Shown one piece after another: positions 43,392 through 54,625 of a stretch of 64,000 nucleotides of DNA. The position numbers and the translations under genes were made by a program. Below the pieces are notes generated by a model. That model had not been told where the DNA came from, made no database searches, and saw only the letters and a list, made by a program, of their open reading frames with translations. Source of the stretch: Escherichia coli. GTDB lineage: Bacteria; Pseudomonadota; Gammaproteobacteria; Enterobacterales; Enterobacteriaceae. The stretch's first letter is position 1. Each line of letters begins with the position of its first letter. Location: NCBI RefSeq assembly GCF_024502345.1, contig NZ_JALDNN010000001.1; one strand, written 5' to 3'.

Positions 43392-45424
43392 ATGGATACG
43401 CCACGCCCACAATTACCAGATTTTCAGTTTCATCAGAATAACGACAGTTTTACCCTACATTTTCAACAGCGTCTTATTTTAACCCATAGCAAAGATAATC
43501 CTTGTTTATGGATTGGTTCAGGTATTGCGGATATCGATATGTTCCGCGGCAATTTCAGCATTAAAGATAAACTACAGGAGAAAATTGCGCTTACCGACGC
43601 CATCGTCAGCCAGTCGCCGGATGGTTGGTTAATCCATTTCAGCCGTGGTTCTGACATTAGCGCCACGCTGAATATCTCTGCCGACGATCAGGGCCGTTTA
43701 TTGCTGGAACTACAAAACGACAACCTTAACCACAACCGTATCTGGCTGCGCCTTGCCGCTCAACCAGAGGACCATATCTACGGCTGCGGCGAACAGTTTT
43801 CCTACTTCGATCTGCGTGGCAAACCGTTCCCGCTATGGACCAGTGAACAAGGCGTTGGTCGCAATAAACAAACCTATGTCACCTGGCAGGCCGACTGCAA
43901 AGAAAATGCGGGCGGCGACTATTACTGGACTTTCTTCCCACAGCCTACGTTTGTCAGCACGCAGAAGTATTACTGCCATGTTGATAACAGTTGCTATATG
44001 AACTTCGACTTTAGTGCCCCGGAATACCATGAACTGGCGCTGTGGGAAGACAAAGCAACGCTGCGTTTTGAATGTGCTGACACATACATCTCCCTGCTGG
44101 AAAAATTAACCGCCCTGCTGGGACGCCAGCCAGAACTGCCCGACTGGATTTATGACGGAGTAACGCTCGGCATTCAGGGCGGGACGGAAGTGTGCCAGAA
44201 GAAACTGGACACCATGCGTAACGCGGGCGTGAAGGTCAACGGCATCTGGGCGCAGGACTGGTCCGGTATTCGTATGACCTCTTTTGGCAAACGCGTGATG
44301 TGGAACTGGAAGTGGAACAGCGAAAACTACCCGCAACTGGATTCGCGTATCAAGCAGTGGAACAAAGAGGGCGTGCAGTTCCTTGCCTATATCAACCCGT
44401 ATGTTGCCAGTGATAAAGATCTCTGCGAAGAGGCGGCAAAGCGCGGTTATCTGGCAAAAGATGTCGCCGGTGGCGACTATCTGGTGGAGTTTGGCGAGTT
44501 CTACGGCGGCGTTGTCGATCTCACCAATCCGGAAGCCTACGCCTGGTTCAAGGAAGTTATCAAAAAGAACATGATTGAACTCGGCTGCGGCGGCTGGATG
44601 GCTGACTTCGGCGAGTATCTGCCCACCGACACGTACCTGCATAACGGCATCAGCGCGGAAATTATGCATAACGCCTGGCCCGCGCTGTGGGCGAAATGTA
44701 ACTACGAAGCCTTGAAGAAACGGGCAAGCTCGGCGAGATCCTCTTCTTTATGCGCGCCGGTTCTACCGGTAGCCAGAAATACTCCACCATGATGTGGGCG
44801 GGTGACCAGAACGTGGACTGGAGTCTGGACGATGGCCTGGCGTCGGTTGTCCCGGCGGCGCTATCTCTGGCAATGACCGGACATGGCCTGCATCACAGCG
44901 ACATTGGCGGTTATACCACCCTGTTTGAGATGAAGCGCAGCAAAGAGCTGCTGCGCTGGTGCGATTTCAGCGCCTTCACGCCGATGATGCGCACCCACGA
45001 AGGTAACCGTCCTGGCGACAACTGGCAGTTTGACGGCGACGCGGAAACCATCGCCCATTTCGCCCGTATGACCACCGTCTTCACCACCCTGAAACCTTAC
45101 CTGAAAGAGGCCGTCGCGCTGAATGCGAAGTCCGGCCTGCCGGTTATGCGCCCGCTGTTCCTGCATTACGAAGACGACGCGCAGACCTATTCCCTGAAAT
45201 ATCAGTACCTGTTAGGTCGCGACATTCTGATTGCTCCGGTACACGAAGAAGGTCGCAGCGACTGGACGCTCTATCTGCCAGAGGATAACTGGGTCCACGC
45301 CTGGACCGGAGAAACCTTCCACGGTGGAGAAATAACTGTTGAAGCGCCCATCGGCAAGCCGCCGGTCTTTTATCGCGCCGACAGCGAATGGGCTGCACTG
45401 TTCGCCTCGTTAAAAAACATCTAA
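43392..45424 (+). pseudogene. yihQ: GH31 sulfoquinovosidase yihQ carrying a 1-bp frameshift near 44714
   Basis: ORF 43392..44792 (466 aa) and out-of-frame ORF 44750..45424 (224 aa) together cover one ~678-aa GH31 protein; reading cttgaagaaacg as cttgGaagaaacg restores a single frame (...NYEALEETGKLGEILFFMRAGSTGSQ...). Confidence 0.75.
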
Positions 45425-45469
45425 TCATGCCCGCCCGTGGGGAAACTCACGGGCAAATGGAGAATAACG

Positions 45470-46855
45470 ATGAGTCACATCACAACGGAAGATCCGGCAA
45501 CTTTGCGCCTGCCCTTTAAAGAGAAACTCTCTTACGGTATCGGCGATCTGGCCTCTAACATCCTGCTGGATATTGGTACGCTTTATCTTTTGAAGTTTTA
45601 TACCGACGTTCTGGGGCTACCTGGCACCTATGGCGGCATTATCTTTTTGATCTCGAAATTCTTTACCGCCTTTACCGATATGGGAACCGGCATCATGTTG
45701 GATTCCCGGCGTAAGATTGGCCCGAAAGGTAAGTTCCGCCCTTTCATTTTGTACGCGTCATTCCCGGTCACCTTATTGGCAATCGCTAACTTTATCGGCA
45801 CACCGTTCGATGTCACTGGTAAAACGGTGATGGCCACTATTCTATTTATGCTCTACGGGCTGTTTTTCAGCATGATGAACTGCTCCTACGGCGCAATGGT
45901 TCCCGCCATTACCAAAAACCCCAACGAACGCGCATCGCTGGCGGCATGGCGTCAGGGTGGTGCTACATTGGGCCTGCTGCTGTGTACGGTGGGATTCGTG
46001 CCGGTGATGAACCTTATCGAAGGTAATCCGCAACTGAGCTACGTTTTCGCCGCCACGCTATTTTCACTGTTCGGCCTGCTGTTTATGTGGATCTGCTACT
46101 CGGGCGTGAAAGAGCGTTATGTCGAAACCCAACCTGCTAATCAGGCGCAAAAGCCAGGCTTGCTGCAATCTTTCCGCGCAATTGCCGGTAACCGCCCACT
46201 GTTCATTCTGTGTATTGCCAACCTCTGCACCTTAGGGGCGTTTAACGTCAAGCTCGCCATTCAGGTCTATTACACCCAGTACGTGCTTAACGATCCCATC
46301 CTGTTGTCGTATATGGGATTTTTTAGCATGGGCTGTATTTTCATCGGCGTGTTCCTGATGCCTGGCGCAGTTAGACGTTTTGGTAAGAAGAAGGTCTATA
46401 TCGGCGGCCTGCTGATTTGGGTGCTTGGCGATCTGCTCAACTATTTCTTCGGCGGCGGCTCGGTCAGTTTTGTGGCGTTCTCCTGCCTGGCATTCTTTGG
46501 CTCGGCGTTTGTTAACAGCCTGAACTGGGCGCTGGTTTCCGACACCGTCGAGTACGGCGAGTGGCGCACCGGTGTCCGTTCTGAAGGGACGGTCTACACC
46601 GGCTTCACCTTCTTTCGCAAAGTGTCTCAGGCGCTGGCTGGTTTCTTCCCCGGCTGGATGCTGACGCAAATCGGCTATGTGCCGAACGTGGCGCAGGCTG
46701 ACCACACCATTGAAGGGTTGCGCCAGCTGATCTTCATCTACCCAAGCGCACTGGCGGTAGTCACCATTGTGGCGATGGGTTGCTTCTACAGTCTGAACGA
46801 GAAGATGTACGTCCGCATTGTTGAAGAAATAGAAGCCCGTAAACGCACGGCGTAA
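45470..46855 (+). CDS. yihP: GPH-family (sugar:cation symporter) transporter, 461 aa
   Basis: ORF 45437..46855; start MSHITTEDPATLRLPFKEKLSYGIGDLASN with SD aatggaga. Confidence 0.85.
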   Translation: MSHITTEDPATLRLPFKEKLSYGIGDLASNILLDIGTLYLLKFYTDVLGLPGTYGGIIFLISKFFTAFTDMGTGIMLDSRRKIGPKGKFRPFILYASFPVTLLAIANFIGTPFDVTGKTVMATILFMLYGLFFSMMNCSYGAMVPAITKNPNERASLAAWRQGGATLGLLLCTVGFVPVMNLIEGNPQLSYVFAATLFSLFGLLFMWICYSGVKERYVETQPANQAQKPGLLQSFRAIAGNRPLFILCIANLCTLGAFNVKLAIQVYYTQYVLNDPILLSYMGFFSMGCIFIGVFLMPGAVRRFGKKKVYIGGLLIWVLGDLLNYFFGGGSVSFVAFSCLAFFGSAFVNSLNWALVSDTVEYGEWRTGVRSEGTVYTGFTFFRKVSQALAGFFPGWMLTQIGYVPNVAQADHTIEGLRQLIFIYPSALAVVTIVAMGCFYSLNEKMYVRIVEEIEARKRTA

Positions 46856-46894
46856 TAATAAACGACGCCCTGCGGGGCGTTATAAGGAGTGATT

Positions 46895-48298
46895 ATGTCT
46901 GACCATAATCCACTGACATTAAAACTGAATCTGCGGGAAAAAATCGCCTATGGTATGGGCGACGTTGGTTCGAATTTAATGCTTAGCATCGGTACTCTGT
47001 ATCTCCTCAAATTTTATACCGATGAATTAGGGATGCCAGCTTACTATGGCGGGATTATCTTTCTGGTGGCGAAGTTTTTTACCGCGTTTACCGATATGCT
47101 CACCGGATTTTTACTCGACTCGCGGAAAAATATTGGGCCTAAAGGCAAATTTCGTCCCTTTATTTTATATGCAGCGGTTCCGGCGGCGTTAATTGCAACG
47201 CTCCAGTTTATCGCCACCACTTTTAGTTTGCCGGTTAAAACGACGATTGCCACGGCGCTGTTTATGATGTTTGGGCTTTCATACAGTCTGATGAACTGCT
47301 CGTATGGCGCGATGATCCCGGCAATTACCAAAAACCCGAATGAGCGCGCGCAGCTCGCTGCTTACCGCCAGGGTGGTGCAACCATAGGGCTATTGATTTG
47401 TACCGTGGCGTTTATTCCGTTGCAGTCGCTTTTTTCTGACTCAACCGTCGGTTATGCCTGTGCGGCACTTATGTTCTCCATTGGCGGCTTTATTTTTATG
47501 ATGCTGTGCTACAGAGGCGTCAAAGAGCATTATGTGGACACAGCGCCAACCGGACATAAAGCCAGTATTCTCAAATCATTTTGCGCGATATTTCGGAATC
47601 CGCCATTGCTGGTTTTATGCATTGCTAACTTGTGTACCCTGGCGGCATTTAATATCAAACTGGCGATTCAGGTCTATTACACCCAGTATGTGCTGCATGA
47701 TATTAATTTATTGTCGTGGATGGGATTCTTCAGTATGGGATGCATCCTCATCGGCGTATTACTGGTGCCATTAACTGTAAAATGTTTTGGTAAAAAACAG
47801 GTTTATTTAGCTGGCATGGTGCTATGGGCGGTTGGTGATATCCTGAATTATTTCTGGGGAAGTAACTCTTTCACTTTCGTCATGTTCTCTTGTGTCGCCT
47901 TTTTTGGCACGGCCTTTGTAAACAGCCTGAACTGGGCGCTGGTACCAGATACCGTAGATTACGGTGAATGGAAAACCGGTATTCGTGCCGAAGGTTCTGT
48001 TTATACCGGTTATACCTTCTTTCGTAAAATTTCTGCCGCACTTGCTGGCTTCTTGCCAGGCATTATGCTGACGCAAATCGGTTATGTTCCCAACATCGCG
48101 CAAAGTGATGCGACATTACAGGGTTTGCGTCAGCTCATTTTTATCTGGCCTTGTGCACTGGCAATTATTGCTGCATTGACGATGGGATTCTTTTACACAC
48201 TCAATGAAAAACGGTTTGCGTTGATTATTGAGGAAATCAACCAACGCAAAAATAAAGAAATTGAGACAGAAGAAAAAACGGCTTCCGTAACGTTATAA
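46895..48298 (+). CDS. yihO: GPH-family sulfoquinovose transporter, 467 aa (paralog of yihP)
   Basis: ORF 46889..48298; start MSDHNPLTLKLNLREKIAYGMGDVGSNLML with SD aaggag 5 nt upstream. Confidence 0.85.
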   Translation: MSDHNPLTLKLNLREKIAYGMGDVGSNLMLSIGTLYLLKFYTDELGMPAYYGGIIFLVAKFFTAFTDMLTGFLLDSRKNIGPKGKFRPFILYAAVPAALIATLQFIATTFSLPVKTTIATALFMMFGLSYSLMNCSYGAMIPAITKNPNERAQLAAYRQGGATIGLLICTVAFIPLQSLFSDSTVGYACAALMFSIGGFIFMMLCYRGVKEHYVDTAPTGHKASILKSFCAIFRNPPLLVLCIANLCTLAAFNIKLAIQVYYTQYVLHDINLLSWMGFFSMGCILIGVLLVPLTVKCFGKKQVYLAGMVLWAVGDILNYFWGSNSFTFVMFSCVAFFGTAFVNSLNWALVPDTVDYGEWKTGIRAEGSVYTGYTFFRKISAALAGFLPGIMLTQIGYVPNIAQSDATLQGLRQLIFIWPCALAIIAALTMGFFYTLNEKRFALIIEEINQRKNKEIETEEKTASVTL

Positions 48299-48364
48299 AT
48301 GTCAATAGCCGCTATTTCCATCCTGGTGGGTGGCGGCCTCCCTACGTTTAAAAATGGACTTATT

Positions 48365-49057
48365 ATGAAAAATATTAATGCAATAATTTTATTATCTTCT
48401 CTGACCTCTGCCTCAGTATTCGCTGGCGCATACGTCGAAAACAGGGAGGCATATAATCTCGCCTCCGATCAGGGCGAGGTTATGCTACGTGTGGGTTATA
48501 ACTTCGATATGGGCGCGGGTATTATGTTAACCAATACCTACACCTTTCAGCGAGAAGATGAACTAAAACATGGATATAACGAAATCGAAGGTTGGTATCC
48601 GTTATTTAAACCAACCGATAAATTAACCATCCAGCCCGGTGGCTTAATTAATGATAAGAGTATCGGTTCGGGTGGTGCAGTGTATCTGGACGTCAACTAT
48701 AAATTTGTACCATGGTTTAATCTGACAGTACGAAATCGCTATAACCATAATAACTATAGTTCAACAGATTTGAGCGGGGAACTGGATAATAATGACACCT
48801 ATGAAATTGGTACCTACTGGAATTTTAAAATCACCGATAAGTTCTCCTATACATTTGAGCCACATTATTTTATACGCGTAAATGACTTTAATAGCAGCAA
48901 TGGAAAAGATCATCACTGGGAAATCACTAACACCTTCCGTTATCGCATTAATGAACACTGGCTGCCTTATTTCGAATTACGCTGGTTAGATCGTAATGTC
49001 GAACCGTACCACCGCGAGCAAAACCAGATTCGTATCGGGACGAAGTATTTCTTCTGA
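48365..49057 (+). CDS. ompL: Outer-membrane porin OmpL, 230 aa
   Basis: Internal Met MKNINAIILLSSLTSASVFAGAY... of ORF 48299..49057; ends ...IRIGTKYFF. Confidence 0.85.
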   Translation: MKNINAIILLSSLTSASVFAGAYVENREAYNLASDQGEVMLRVGYNFDMGAGIMLTNTYTFQREDELKHGYNEIEGWYPLFKPTDKLTIQPGGLINDKSIGSGGAVYLDVNYKFVPWFNLTVRNRYNHNNYSSTDLSGELDNNDTYEIGTYWNFKITDKFSYTFEPHYFIRVNDFNSSNGKDHHWEITNTFRYRINEHWLPYFELRWLDRNVEPYHREQNQIRIGTKYFF

Positions 49058-49061
49058 TGTG

Positions 49062-49145
<84 letters not shown>

Positions 49146-49147
49146 AA

Positions 49148-50413
49148 TTAAGCTTCAGCCGCCAGCATCTCTTTCTTACGTTGGCTAATACGCTTAACCA
49201 GCATTACGGAAACCACCGCACCACAGAATGCGAAGCAGGCCATAATGCCAAACACGATTTTGTAGCCAATAATCCCCGGATTTAAATCCAGAATGTAGCC
49301 ATACAGACTGAAGCAGAACATCGCCGGGGCGTAACCAATAAAGCTACCCAACGCCATCGCCGCGCCTGTTTTATTTTCAGCAATTTTTGCTTCGCCGATA
49401 GGTGCAAAAAATACGGCTCGCTGTGTAAAGACTATCGCGCCAAAGCCCAGCGTACATGCCATCCCTAAATAGACCGGCATACTTTCGTGCGGCAGCATAA
49501 TCAACAGTACGAGCGCAGCGGTACTGATGATAAAGGTGTAGCATAGATATTTACTCGGCGATTTCAGGATCTTATCTGAAATCATGCCACCAATCGGTCC
49601 ACCAATCATTTTCAGACAGTATTGGTTAATGATGCCGTAAGCCCCCACCAGCGCAACGGGCAATAGATAGATGTTTTTCAGGAATGGAATGAAGAATGTC
49701 AGGCCACAGTAAACCGCGTAAACGAAGAAGACGTTGAAAGCGATAAGCCAGATAGTTTTGTCTTTCAGCACCGAGGTCATACTGGTGTTTTGCGATGCCC
49801 CGTCTTCTTTTTTCACCTCAACGGACGGTGCCTCTTCTTTGTCATTCAGGACAAAGAAAATAATAATGCCTACGGCAATCACAATAAGGGAATAGAACCA
49901 GATGCCTGCTTTAAAACCTAATAAGCCACTGCCAAACCAGGTAAATACTGCCAACGCAGAAAATGCCACCACGGTATCGACAATGCCACGCCCTGTTTCG
50001 AAGAAGCCAAACAACCGACCTTGTTGTTCGCTATTGCCCAATCGACTTACCGACTTGAGCAAGACCGGCCAGTTCATCATGTCGCAAGTAACGCCAAATA
50101 GCGCCCAGACAAAGAGGATGCCCCAATACCCCGGCATTGTCGTCAAATAAACACCCAGTAATCCTGTCGCAATGAGTGAGAATGACATGGTGTATCTGCG
50201 CGGTAGTTTATCGGCAAAATAAATAGACAGAAAAAAGCCCACTGTGGTGACAAATGAGTTTACCGACATAGCATTACCAATTTGACCATTGGTCAAATGG
50301 AAATATTCCTGCATCGGGATATAAAACGCATCTTTCAGCGACGGTAATTTATAAATTGTACCGCCACACAGTGTTAATAGACTAAATAACGCCCATTTCT
50401 TTTTCGTGAGCAT
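49148..50413 (-). CDS. yihN: MFS transporter YihN, 421 aa
   Basis: ORF MLTKKKWALFSLLTLCGGTIYKLPSLKDAFYIPMQEYF..., 12-TM MFS pattern. Confidence 0.85.
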   Translation of the reverse strand: MLTKKKWALFSLLTLCGGTIYKLPSLKDAFYIPMQEYFHLTNGQIGNAMSVNSFVTTVGFFLSIYFADKLPRRYTMSFSLIATGLLGVYLTTMPGYWGILFVWALFGVTCDMMNWPVLLKSVSRLGNSEQQGRLFGFFETGRGIVDTVVAFSALAVFTWFGSGLLGFKAGIWFYSLIVIAVGIIIFFVLNDKEEAPSVEVKKEDGASQNTSMTSVLKDKTIWLIAFNVFFVYAVYCGLTFFIPFLKNIYLLPVALVGAYGIINQYCLKMIGGPIGGMISDKILKSPSKYLCYTFIISTAALVLLIMLPHESMPVYLGMACTLGFGAIVFTQRAVFFAPIGEAKIAENKTGAAMALGSFIGYAPAMFCFSLYGYILDLNPGIIGYKIVFGIMACFAFCGAVVSVMLVKRISQRKKEMLAAEA

Positions 50414-50514
50414 AACATCCCCTAAGCGATTTTTAAAATCACTGTTTTAAAGGCAATAAGATACCGACCATTCATATAGAATGGTTTTATTAACTGCGTA
50501 TGAGTTAAAACTTA

Positions 50515-51495
50515 TTAGTGGTTCAGAAGATGGTTTGCCTCTTGTTTGATTTGTTGTAGTACGTTACGCACATGATTTATCTGATTAATTGCATCTTCTT
50601 TTTCTTTACGTAACCGCGCATCCAGTAAATGATTTTCTGGTAGGGGTGTTTCACTCATCTGGCGATAAGGGATCCACGGATTATCATCTTCGTCTTCAAA
50701 GCGGAACGCCGGCGCATAGTAATCAACCTCTTCTTCCAGGCCATATGCCGTCACCTGCGGCTCATCATCACCAAGGCAGATAAGGTGCGTTAATAACGCT
50801 TTGAACGGCATATCACCCTGACCTGAAATACAGGCTTTATGACCCAGGCCACCCTGTTCTTTAACGATCAAGGCATCTTTAATATGGACCTGGGTAATAT
50901 GCGGTGCCATCGTTTTTAAGGCGTCGATGGGATGCTCATTTGCATTGATCATGTTCGCAAAATCAAACAGTAAGGAAAGAGACTCCATCTCACTTTCTTT
51001 GACCAGCGACACCAACTCATGACTTTTTAAATCTTCATGCTGCTCGATCGTAAAAGTCAGGCCGCTGTCCTGATACGTTTCCCGTACATAGGCAATGTCG
51101 TTAGCGATAATCGATAATACGTCGCGCAAATTACCTTCATAACGTGGATAAAAACGTACGGACGATGCCCCAGTTTTCAACGCGATGGCGACGGCTTCGT
51201 CAATAGATGCCTTATCTGAGGCGCTGGTTTCAATATGAATATCAAGGTTCAGACGGCGGGCTTTATCCCCAAAGGCAGAGAGTTCTTTATCGTCCATATT
51301 ACCAAGAGAAAAACGCTCGCCATCCAGAACATGGATTTTGACGCCACGTAGATTATTTTCACTTGCGATATCAAGTAAATCAGCAGGCAACACTCTTTCC
51401 AGCCGCATATTTAAATGAAAGGCATAAGCATGTAAATAAAGAGGAAGAGTGTCGACACGTTGTAGAATCTTTCTTGCGTTATTTATTGTCACCAT
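50515..51495 (-). CDS. yihM: Sugar-phosphate isomerase/epimerase (TIM-barrel) family protein YihM, 326 aa
   Basis: ORF MVTINNARKILQRVDTLPLYLHAYAFHLNMRLERVLPADLLDIASENNLRGVKIH... Confidence 0.85.
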   Translation of the reverse strand: MVTINNARKILQRVDTLPLYLHAYAFHLNMRLERVLPADLLDIASENNLRGVKIHVLDGERFSLGNMDDKELSAFGDKARRLNLDIHIETSASDKASIDEAVAIALKTGASSVRFYPRYEGNLRDVLSIIANDIAYVRETYQDSGLTFTIEQHEDLKSHELVSLVKESEMESLSLLFDFANMINANEHPIDALKTMAPHITQVHIKDALIVKEQGGLGHKACISGQGDMPFKALLTHLICLGDDEPQVTAYGLEEEVDYYAPAFRFEDEDDNPWIPYRQMSETPLPENHLLDARLRKEKEDAINQINHVRNVLQQIKQEANHLLNH

Positions 51496-51502
51496 AAAAC
51501 AC

Positions 51503-52213
51503 CTACAGATTAATGATGAGGTCTACGGCCTCAAATCGCCAATATTCAATATCTATCTGGACAATATTGCCTTGCTGGTCGGCGCGATGCTTTTCAATTA
51601 AGATCGCTGGCATACCCGCAGAACCGCCAAGATACTTGCTGATATCGCCCGGCATTCTGACGGGTTTGAAAATCAATTTTTTTACTACCGTCTCTTTTTG
51701 GTAGCACTTTTCCCAGACTGCAGAAAATGAGTGGTTTTCAAGTTGTTCAATAAAACCCGGAGCAACTTCAGGATTAATATATGTTTCGTGATAGAAAACT
51801 TTATGTCCTTCCAGCGCCCCCCAGCCGGTGATGCGATAGAGTTCAGTTGATGGCGTCACTGCAATCAGTGGCGCGAGCGTCTGGGGAATGTCGCTGGTAC
51901 GGCTTTTCTCGGTAAACCCCCAGGAAGGTTCCCGCCCTTGCTCAATTGCGGCCCGCTGAAAGCTCGCCGACAGCTCCGGACTGTAATTAAATCGCGGCTG
52001 GGTCACGAACCACCCCTTACGATCCTTACGGAAGATTTTGGATTCTGCCTCGAGGTTCAACAACGCCTGGCGCAGCGTCATACGTTTAATGCCCAGCAGT
52101 TCTCCCAGCTCTCTTTCTGAAGGGAGTTTTCCACCCGGCGTGGTGATGCCATCTTTCAACCACCGATCCAGTTTCTCTTTTGCATTTTCTACGGTGGATT
52201 GATTCTCCGCCAT
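51503..52213 (-). CDS. yihL: GntR-family transcriptional regulator YihL, 236 aa
   Basis: ORF MAENQSTVENAKEKLDRWLKDGITTPGGKLPSERELGELLGIKRMTLRQALLNL... (GntR HTH). Confidence 0.85.
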   Translation of the reverse strand: MAENQSTVENAKEKLDRWLKDGITTPGGKLPSERELGELLGIKRMTLRQALLNLEAESKIFRKDRKGWFVTQPRFNYSPELSASFQRAAIEQGREPSWGFTEKSRTSDIPQTLAPLIAVTPSTELYRITGWGALEGHKVFYHETYINPEVAPGFIEQLENHSFSAVWEKCYQKETVVKKLIFKPVRMPGDISKYLGGSAGMPAILIEKHRADQQGNIVQIDIEYWRFEAVDLIINL

Positions 52214-52379
52214 TGTTTAATCCTTTTGGTTTAAACCAGATGAAGCATCTTACGCTTACGCCAAAAAAGAAAGCAATTAACGGTGTATGACTTTGCAGAT
52301 AATTGTGACAAAGCTCTCTATTGACGTAATCCCAGACTTATAAGGGAGATACTCGCATTGGTGTGCGCTCACGACAGGT

Positions 52380-52412
52380 AAAAAAAAACCTGCCAGCGAT
52401 GGCAGGTTTTTT
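52380..52412 (-). terminator. Rho-independent terminator downstream of typA
   Basis: cctgccagcgatggcagg hairpin flanked by a 9-nt A-run and 6-nt T-run. Confidence 0.6.
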
Positions 52413-52429
52413 ATAACTAAAAAACGAAA

Positions 52430-54253
52430 TTAATCGTCTTTCGGTGCGCGGTTAGCGCGACGACGATCGTTTTCCGTCAGGTGACGTTTACGAATACGGA
52501 TAGAGGTCGGAGTCACTTCTACCAGTTCGTCATCATCGATGAACTCCAGAGCTTGTTCCAGAGTCATGCGGATAGGCGGAACCAGAACAACAGCTTCGTC
52601 AGTACCGGAAGCACGCATGTTGGTCAGTTTCTTACCGGTCAGGCAGTTTACAGTCAGGTCGTTAGAGCGGCTATGAATACCGATAATCTGACCTTCGTAA
52701 ACTTCTGCACCGTGACCGAGGAACAGCTTACCGCGATCCTGCAGACCGAACAGCGCGAACGCGACCGCTTTACCCTGACCGTTAGAGATCAGTACACCGT
52801 TCTGACGCTGACCCACTTCGCCCGGACGTACGTCGTCGTAGTGGCTGAAGGTGGAGTACAGCAGACCAGTACCGGAAGTCATGGTCATGAACTCAGAACG
52901 GAAGCCAATCAGACCACGGCTTGGGATCACGTAGTCGAGACGTACGCGGCCTTTACCGTCTGGATTCATGTTTTTCAGGTCGCCTTTACGTTCGCCCAGC
53001 GCCTGCATTACAGAACCCTGATGCTGTTCTTCAACGTCCAGAGTCACGTTTTCATATGGCTCTTGTTTACGACCGTCGATTTCACGGAAGATAACTTTCG
53101 GACGGGATACCGCCAGTTCGAAACCTTCACGACGCATGTTTTCGATCAGAACAGACAGGTGTAGTTCGCCACGACCAGAAACGCGGAACGCATCAGCGTC
53201 TTCGGTTTCTTCTACGCGCAGCGCAACGTTGTGTACCAGTTCTTTGTTCAGACGATCCAGGATCTGACGAGACGTTACGAACTTACCTTCTTTACCGCAG
53301 AACGGCGAGGTGTTAACGCAGAAGAACATAGAAACGGTCGGCTCATCAACGGAGAGTGCCGGCAGCGCTTCAACGTTTTGCGTGTCGCAAACGGTGTCAG
53401 AAATGTTCAGTTCGCCAAGGCCCGTGATCGCAACGATATCGCCAGCTTCCGCCAGATCGGTTTCGATACGTTCCAGACCGAGGTGGCCCAGCACTTTACC
53501 GACTTTCGCGTTGCGGGTTTTGCCTTCGCTATCGATGATAGTAACCTGCTGGTTCGGCTTCACTTTACCGCGCTTGATGCGGCCAATGCCGATAACGCCA
53601 ACATAGCTGTTGTAATCGAGCTGAGAAATCTGCATCTGGAACGGACCGTCAAGGTCAACGTCCGGCGCAGGAACGTGGTCAACAATCGCCTGGTACAGCG
53701 GGGTCATGTCTTCCGCCATATCTTCGTGGTCCAGACCCGCGATACCGTTCAGCGCAGAAGCGTAAACGATCGGGAAGTCCAGCTGCTCGTCGGTCGCGTC
53801 GAGGTTAACGAACAGATCGAATACCTGATCCACAACCCAATCAGGACGCGCGCCAGGGCGGTCAACTTTGTTGATAACAACAATCGGCTTCAGGCCGTAA
53901 GCAAACGCTTTTTTGGTTACGAAGCGCGTTTGCGGCATCGGGCCGTCAAATGCGTCAACCACCAGCAGCACTGAGTCTACCATGGACATTACACGTTCAA
54001 CTTCACCACCGAAGTCGGCGTGCCCCGGGGTATCAACGATGTTGATACGGTAATCATTCCATTTGATAGCGGTGTTTTTCGCGAGGATGGTAATCCCACG
54101 CTCTTTCTCCAAATCGTTGGAGTCCATCACGCGCTCTTGGGTTTCGGCACGAGAGTCGAACGTACCGGATTGTTGGAGCAGCTTGTCTACCAGGGTGGTT
54201 TTACCATGGTCTACGTGCGCGATGATGGCGATATTACGCAATTTTTCGATCAC
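52430..54253 (-). CDS. typA: Ribosome-associated translational GTPase TypA/BipA, 607 aa
   Basis: [35 protein letters not shown]... (G1 motif AHVDHGKTT). Confidence 0.95.
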   Translation of the reverse strand: MIEKLRNIAIIAHVDHGKTTLVDKLLQQSGTFDSRAETQERVMDSNDLEKERGITILAKNTAIKWNDYRINIVDTPGHADFGGEVERVMSMVDSVLLVVDAFDGPMPQTRFVTKKAFAYGLKPIVVINKVDRPGARPDWVVDQVFDLFVNLDATDEQLDFPIVYASALNGIAGLDHEDMAEDMTPLYQAIVDHVPAPDVDLDGPFQMQISQLDYNSYVGVIGIGRIKRGKVKPNQQVTIIDSEGKTRNAKVGKVLGHLGLERIETDLAEAGDIVAITGLGELNISDTVCDTQNVEALPALSVDEPTVSMFFCVNTSPFCGKEGKFVTSRQILDRLNKELVHNVALRVEETEDADAFRVSGRGELHLSVLIENMRREGFELAVSRPKVIFREIDGRKQEPYENVTLDVEEQHQGSVMQALGERKGDLKNMNPDGKGRVRLDYVIPSRGLIGFRSEFMTMTSGTGLLYSTFSHYDDVRPGEVGQRQNGVLISNGQGKAVAFALFGLQDRGKLFLGHGAEVYEGQIIGIHSRSNDLTVNCLTGKKLTNMRASGTDEAVVLVPPIRMTLEQALEFIDDDELVEVTPTSIRIRKRHLTENDRRRANRAPKDD

Positions 54254-54399
54254 AACTTTGCCTCAGGCATTAGAAATAGCGCGTTATTGTACACGGATTA
54301 ATCGCACTACAAAACAGGATCACAAACATCCTCCGCAAACAAGTATTGCAGAGTCCCTTTGTGATCGCTTTCACGGAGCATAAAAAGGGTTATCCAAAG

Positions 54400-54545
54400 G
54401 TCATTGCACCAATATAGTGCTTAATGTTTCCATTGAAGCACTATATTGGTGCAACATTCACATCGTGGTGCAGCCCTTTTGCACGATGGTGCGCATGATA
54501 ACGCCTTTTAGGGGCAATTTAAAAGTTGGCACAGTTTTCGCTTTA
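54400..54545 (+). promoter_or_regulatory. glnA control region: NtrC enhancer sites and sigma-54 promoter glnAp2
   Basis: NtrC-type dyads tgcaccaatatagtgc, gcactatattggtgca, gtggtgcag...tgcacgatggtgcgc; sigma-54 element ttggcacagttttcgct (GG at 54528-54529, GC at 54540-54541, N10 spacing). Confidence 0.75.
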
Positions 54546-54625
54546 TCTTTTTTACGGCGACACGGCCAAAATAATTGCAGATTTCGTTACCACGACGACA
54601 ATGACCAATCCAGGAGAGTTAAAGT

